Origin: Mobula hypostoma
Taxonomy: Eukaryota
DNA: 64,000 bases
NCBI RefSeq assembly: GCF_963921235.1
Contig: NC_086101.1
Span: forward strand, 31,124,001 to 31,188,000
Direction of reading: 5' to 3'
The notes under the pieces are model-generated. The model saw only the letters and a list, made by a program, of their open reading frames with translations, made no database searches and was not told the DNA's origin. Shown here one piece after another: positions 61,133 to 64,000 of the stretch. How positions within the stretch are numbered: position 1 is the stretch's first letter; every line of letters begins with the position of its first letter. The position numbers and the translations under genes were made by a program.

Positions 61133-61167
61133 GACGCTTTTCGTCCTTTCGACTAAGATCAAGTGTA
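61133..61167 (+). pseudogene. RNU2: 5'-terminal U2 snRNA fragment
   Basis: cgcttttcgtcctttcgactaagatcaagtgta versus U2 CGCTTCTCGGCCTTTTGGCTAAGATCAAGTGTA (29/33 identical, U2 sequence from memory); no downstream U2 sequence. Confidence 0.8.
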
Positions 61168-61314
61168 ATGTCACGGTGAACTCGCCGTGATCAAGAGACC
61201 GAGAAGGGAGTCAGCCTGCTCATGTTGACCGAGGAGTGCATGCTGACTGGGGGTAAAAGAATCTAACCTCCTTTTCCGGCAATCGACATCCAGCTCCAAT
61301 CAACACACACATCC

Positions 61315-63690
61315 AGCCTCCAGCATTTTGTGTGTGTTGCTTGGATTTCCAGCATCAGCAGATTTTCTATTGTTTTGTGTTGGATTACTACACTGCTAAG
61401 CCTCTTTCAGGCATGCCTACCCTAAAGAACTTTAAATCTTCCCTTCAACGGGTATTCAGTGAAACTCTCTCTCTCACAGGTTCCCCGCCCCCCCCCCACC
61501 CCCGTGATCTCTGTTGCCCTCCGGCTCTTCGACCAGACCCGCTACCAAAGCCACGTATCCTTCCCGGGAACATGTCTCCACCGTCAGCTTGTGCCACATG
61601 ACTTCCAGATCCGTTTTCAAGTTTCTCGATCCGGACCGTCTGAGGATCCCGGGTACTGATTCAATCGAGTGCTGCTCCCACCGCGGATCTCTTTCCACCA
61701 TGAGGAGGTACCTGGGGTCCCTATCCCAGTCACTTCCACAACTCCGGGGTTCTCTCTCCGCCGCCTGTAATGGATTTATCCTTCGTCGGATCCGCGCTTT
61801 CAATCGCCGGTTCTTCGACTTTCTCATGTCCGGCAAGGATCGGAAGATCGCCCGTCTACAGAACACAGCACTTGCAGTCTCCAACGCCGGCAGGCAGGAT
61901 GTCCCCGGACCTCGACCCCTGCTGCCGACCTCAAGGATTCTAAGGATCCCGAGCAGATTTATTCCGGAACCTCCAACCCCGACTCTACCCTGGAACTCGA
62001 CCGTCAGCACCTCCAGGCCAAGACTTTACGCGCTGCCGCTGGAATCCTATTTCCTCCTTCCCCTACAACCACTCCGAAATCCCGTGTCTCTCAGGTCCCA
62101 CCGCTAGCTCTTGGCTCCTCGGAGACTCCATCTTCTTCACACCTCACCTTTACTGAACACTCCAACCTTCCCTCTCCTCAGACATTACCAACCCCTTCCC
62201 CCGCTGATCCCAGCTCTCATCCGTGCAGGGTTTTCACCATCCCCTCTAACCTTCCCCTCTCTGAGGCAAAGCGTTCTGTCCTCAGTAAGGGCCTCATCTT
62301 TGTCCCCCTGCGCCCACAACTCTGAGTTCAGCACCCGCCACAAATCTGAGCTTTTCTTCCGCCGCCTCCGTCTCTGGGCCTACTTCTTTGGCAAAGACTT
62401 TCCAGCCCTGCCCTCATATTTACCTGGTCAATTTCCGACACCTCCGCCCCCTTTCTCGATTGCGCTAATGCTGGAGACGGTTTATCTACTGATAGCTTTT
62501 ATAAAGCCATCGATTCTCACAGCTACCTGGACTATACCTCTTCCCACCCTGTTACTTGTCAAAATAATCTTTACTTCTCTCAATTCCTCTCTTTCTGCCG
62601 CATCTGCTCTCGGGATGAGGCTTTTCATTCCAGAACTATGGAGATGTCCTCCTTTTTCAAAGAAAGGGGCTTCCCTTGCTCCACCAACAACACTGTCCCT
62701 CACCCGCTTTGCTCCCATTTTGTGCACGTCTGCCCTCACCCCATTCGCCCATCACCACACCAGATATACGGTTCCTCTTGTCCTCTCCTACCACTACACC
62801 AACCTTCGAGTCCTGCACATAATTTTCCATGTCTTTCACCATCTCCAATAAGATCCTACCACCAAACACATCTTTCCCTCCTCCGCACTTTTTGCTTTCC
62901 TCAGGGATCGTTCGCCCCTCCCCATTGACTTCCCTCCTGGCACTTATCATTGCAAGCAGAACAGGTGCTACACCTGCCCCTACCCATCCTCCCTCACTAC
63001 CATTCAGGGCACCAAACAGTCCTTCCAGGCAAGATGACACTTCACCTGTAAGTCTGCTGGGGTCATCTGCTGAATCCAGTGCTCCCGGTGTGGCCTCTTA
63101 TATATTGGCAAGACCCGACACAGATTGGAAGACTGCTTTGCCGAGCACCTATGCTCCCTCCGCCAGAAAAAGCAGGATCTCCATTTTAAGTTCACTTCCC
63201 ATTCCCATTCTAATATGTCATTCCACAGCCTCCTCTACTGCCATGATGAGGCCACATTCAAGTTGGATGAGCGACATCCGAGTCTGAATAGCCTGCACCC
63301 TGATGGCATGAACATCGACTTCTCAAACTTCTGTTAATGCCCCCCATCACCATTCCCCATTCCCATTCCCTCTCTCACCTTACCTCCTTACCAGCCCATC
63401 ACTTTCCTCTAGTGCTCCTCCTCCTTTCCTTTATTTCATGGTCTTCTGTCCCCTCCTATCAGATACCCTATTCTCCAGCCCTTTACCTCTTCCACCAATT
63501 GACTTCCCAGCTCTTTACTTCACTCCTTCCCCCATCCTTCCAACTCTGACTTCTCATCTTTTTTTTCTCCAGTTCTGATGAAGGGGCTCAGCGAAAAACA
63601 TTGACTGTTTACTCTTCTTCCATAGATGCTGCCTGGCCTGCTGAGTGTTCCAGTATTTTGTGTGTGTTGCTTGGATTTCCAGCATCTCTT
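61315..63690 (+). mobile_element. Internally deleted Penelope-like element with direct terminal repeats
   Basis: Direct repeat CCAG(C/T)ATTTTGTGTGTGTTGCTTGGATTTCCAGCATC near 61320 and 63651; N-terminal VLSKGL motif; RT core missing; decayed GIY-YIG at about 62950-63337. Confidence 0.82.
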
Positions 63691-64000
63691 GTTTGTCCAG
63701 CTCAAATGGCTCCATGTAGCACATTCCCTGGAGGACCTGGGATCTGAAACACTGTCGAGGTGGCAGTGAAGGACCTCAGTCAGGGAAGATCTTTCAATGG
63801 GGACCGCTTAATTCAGAAGGTTTTTCTTGGCTGCTGCAAGTTTGAGTTGGGTTAGCAGAAGTTCTTGCAGGATTTCGACAGAAGGGGAACTAAGCTATCC
63901 GAACCCAGAAGGAGCGTGTCATCACATTCCTATTCAGCGCACAGTGCCCATTGTGGATGTCTTTGCCTTCCTTGCCCATTACGTTGAGCACAGGAAACTG

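Overview
This is repeat-rich vertebrate genomic DNA, most likely from a cartilaginous fish (ray/skate-type repeat complement; inferred, not verified). There is one 371-N assembly gap at 22563-22933. Reading splice sites by eye gives four intron-containing genes. (1) Exons 1-2 of HSD17B8 (minus; absent from the ORF track). (2) A TRIM-derived coiled-coil + B30.2(PRY-SPRY) gene (minus) whose last exon continues into a ~236-aa Cys/Trp/Gly/Leu-rich, internally duplicated, multi-pass-membrane-like tail; no RING/B-box exon is visible. (3) A butyrophilin/B7-like gene (plus) with a hydrophobic leader, IgV, IgC and B30.2, but no transmembrane exon between the Ig domains and B30.2. (4) A complete RING-Bbox-coiled-coil-B30.2 TRIM gene (minus, 463 aa). 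HSD17B8 with BTN and TRIM-B30.2 genes points to an MHC-linked region. The rest is CR1, Rex1/Babar, RTE, L1 and Penelope-like retroelements (with minimal hammerhead motifs), SINEs, a solo LTR, a 46-bp minisatellite and a 5' U2 fragment. The best candidate for something new is the head-to-head pair of B30.2 genes with unconventional membrane topologies. All gene models are manual and lack transcript support.
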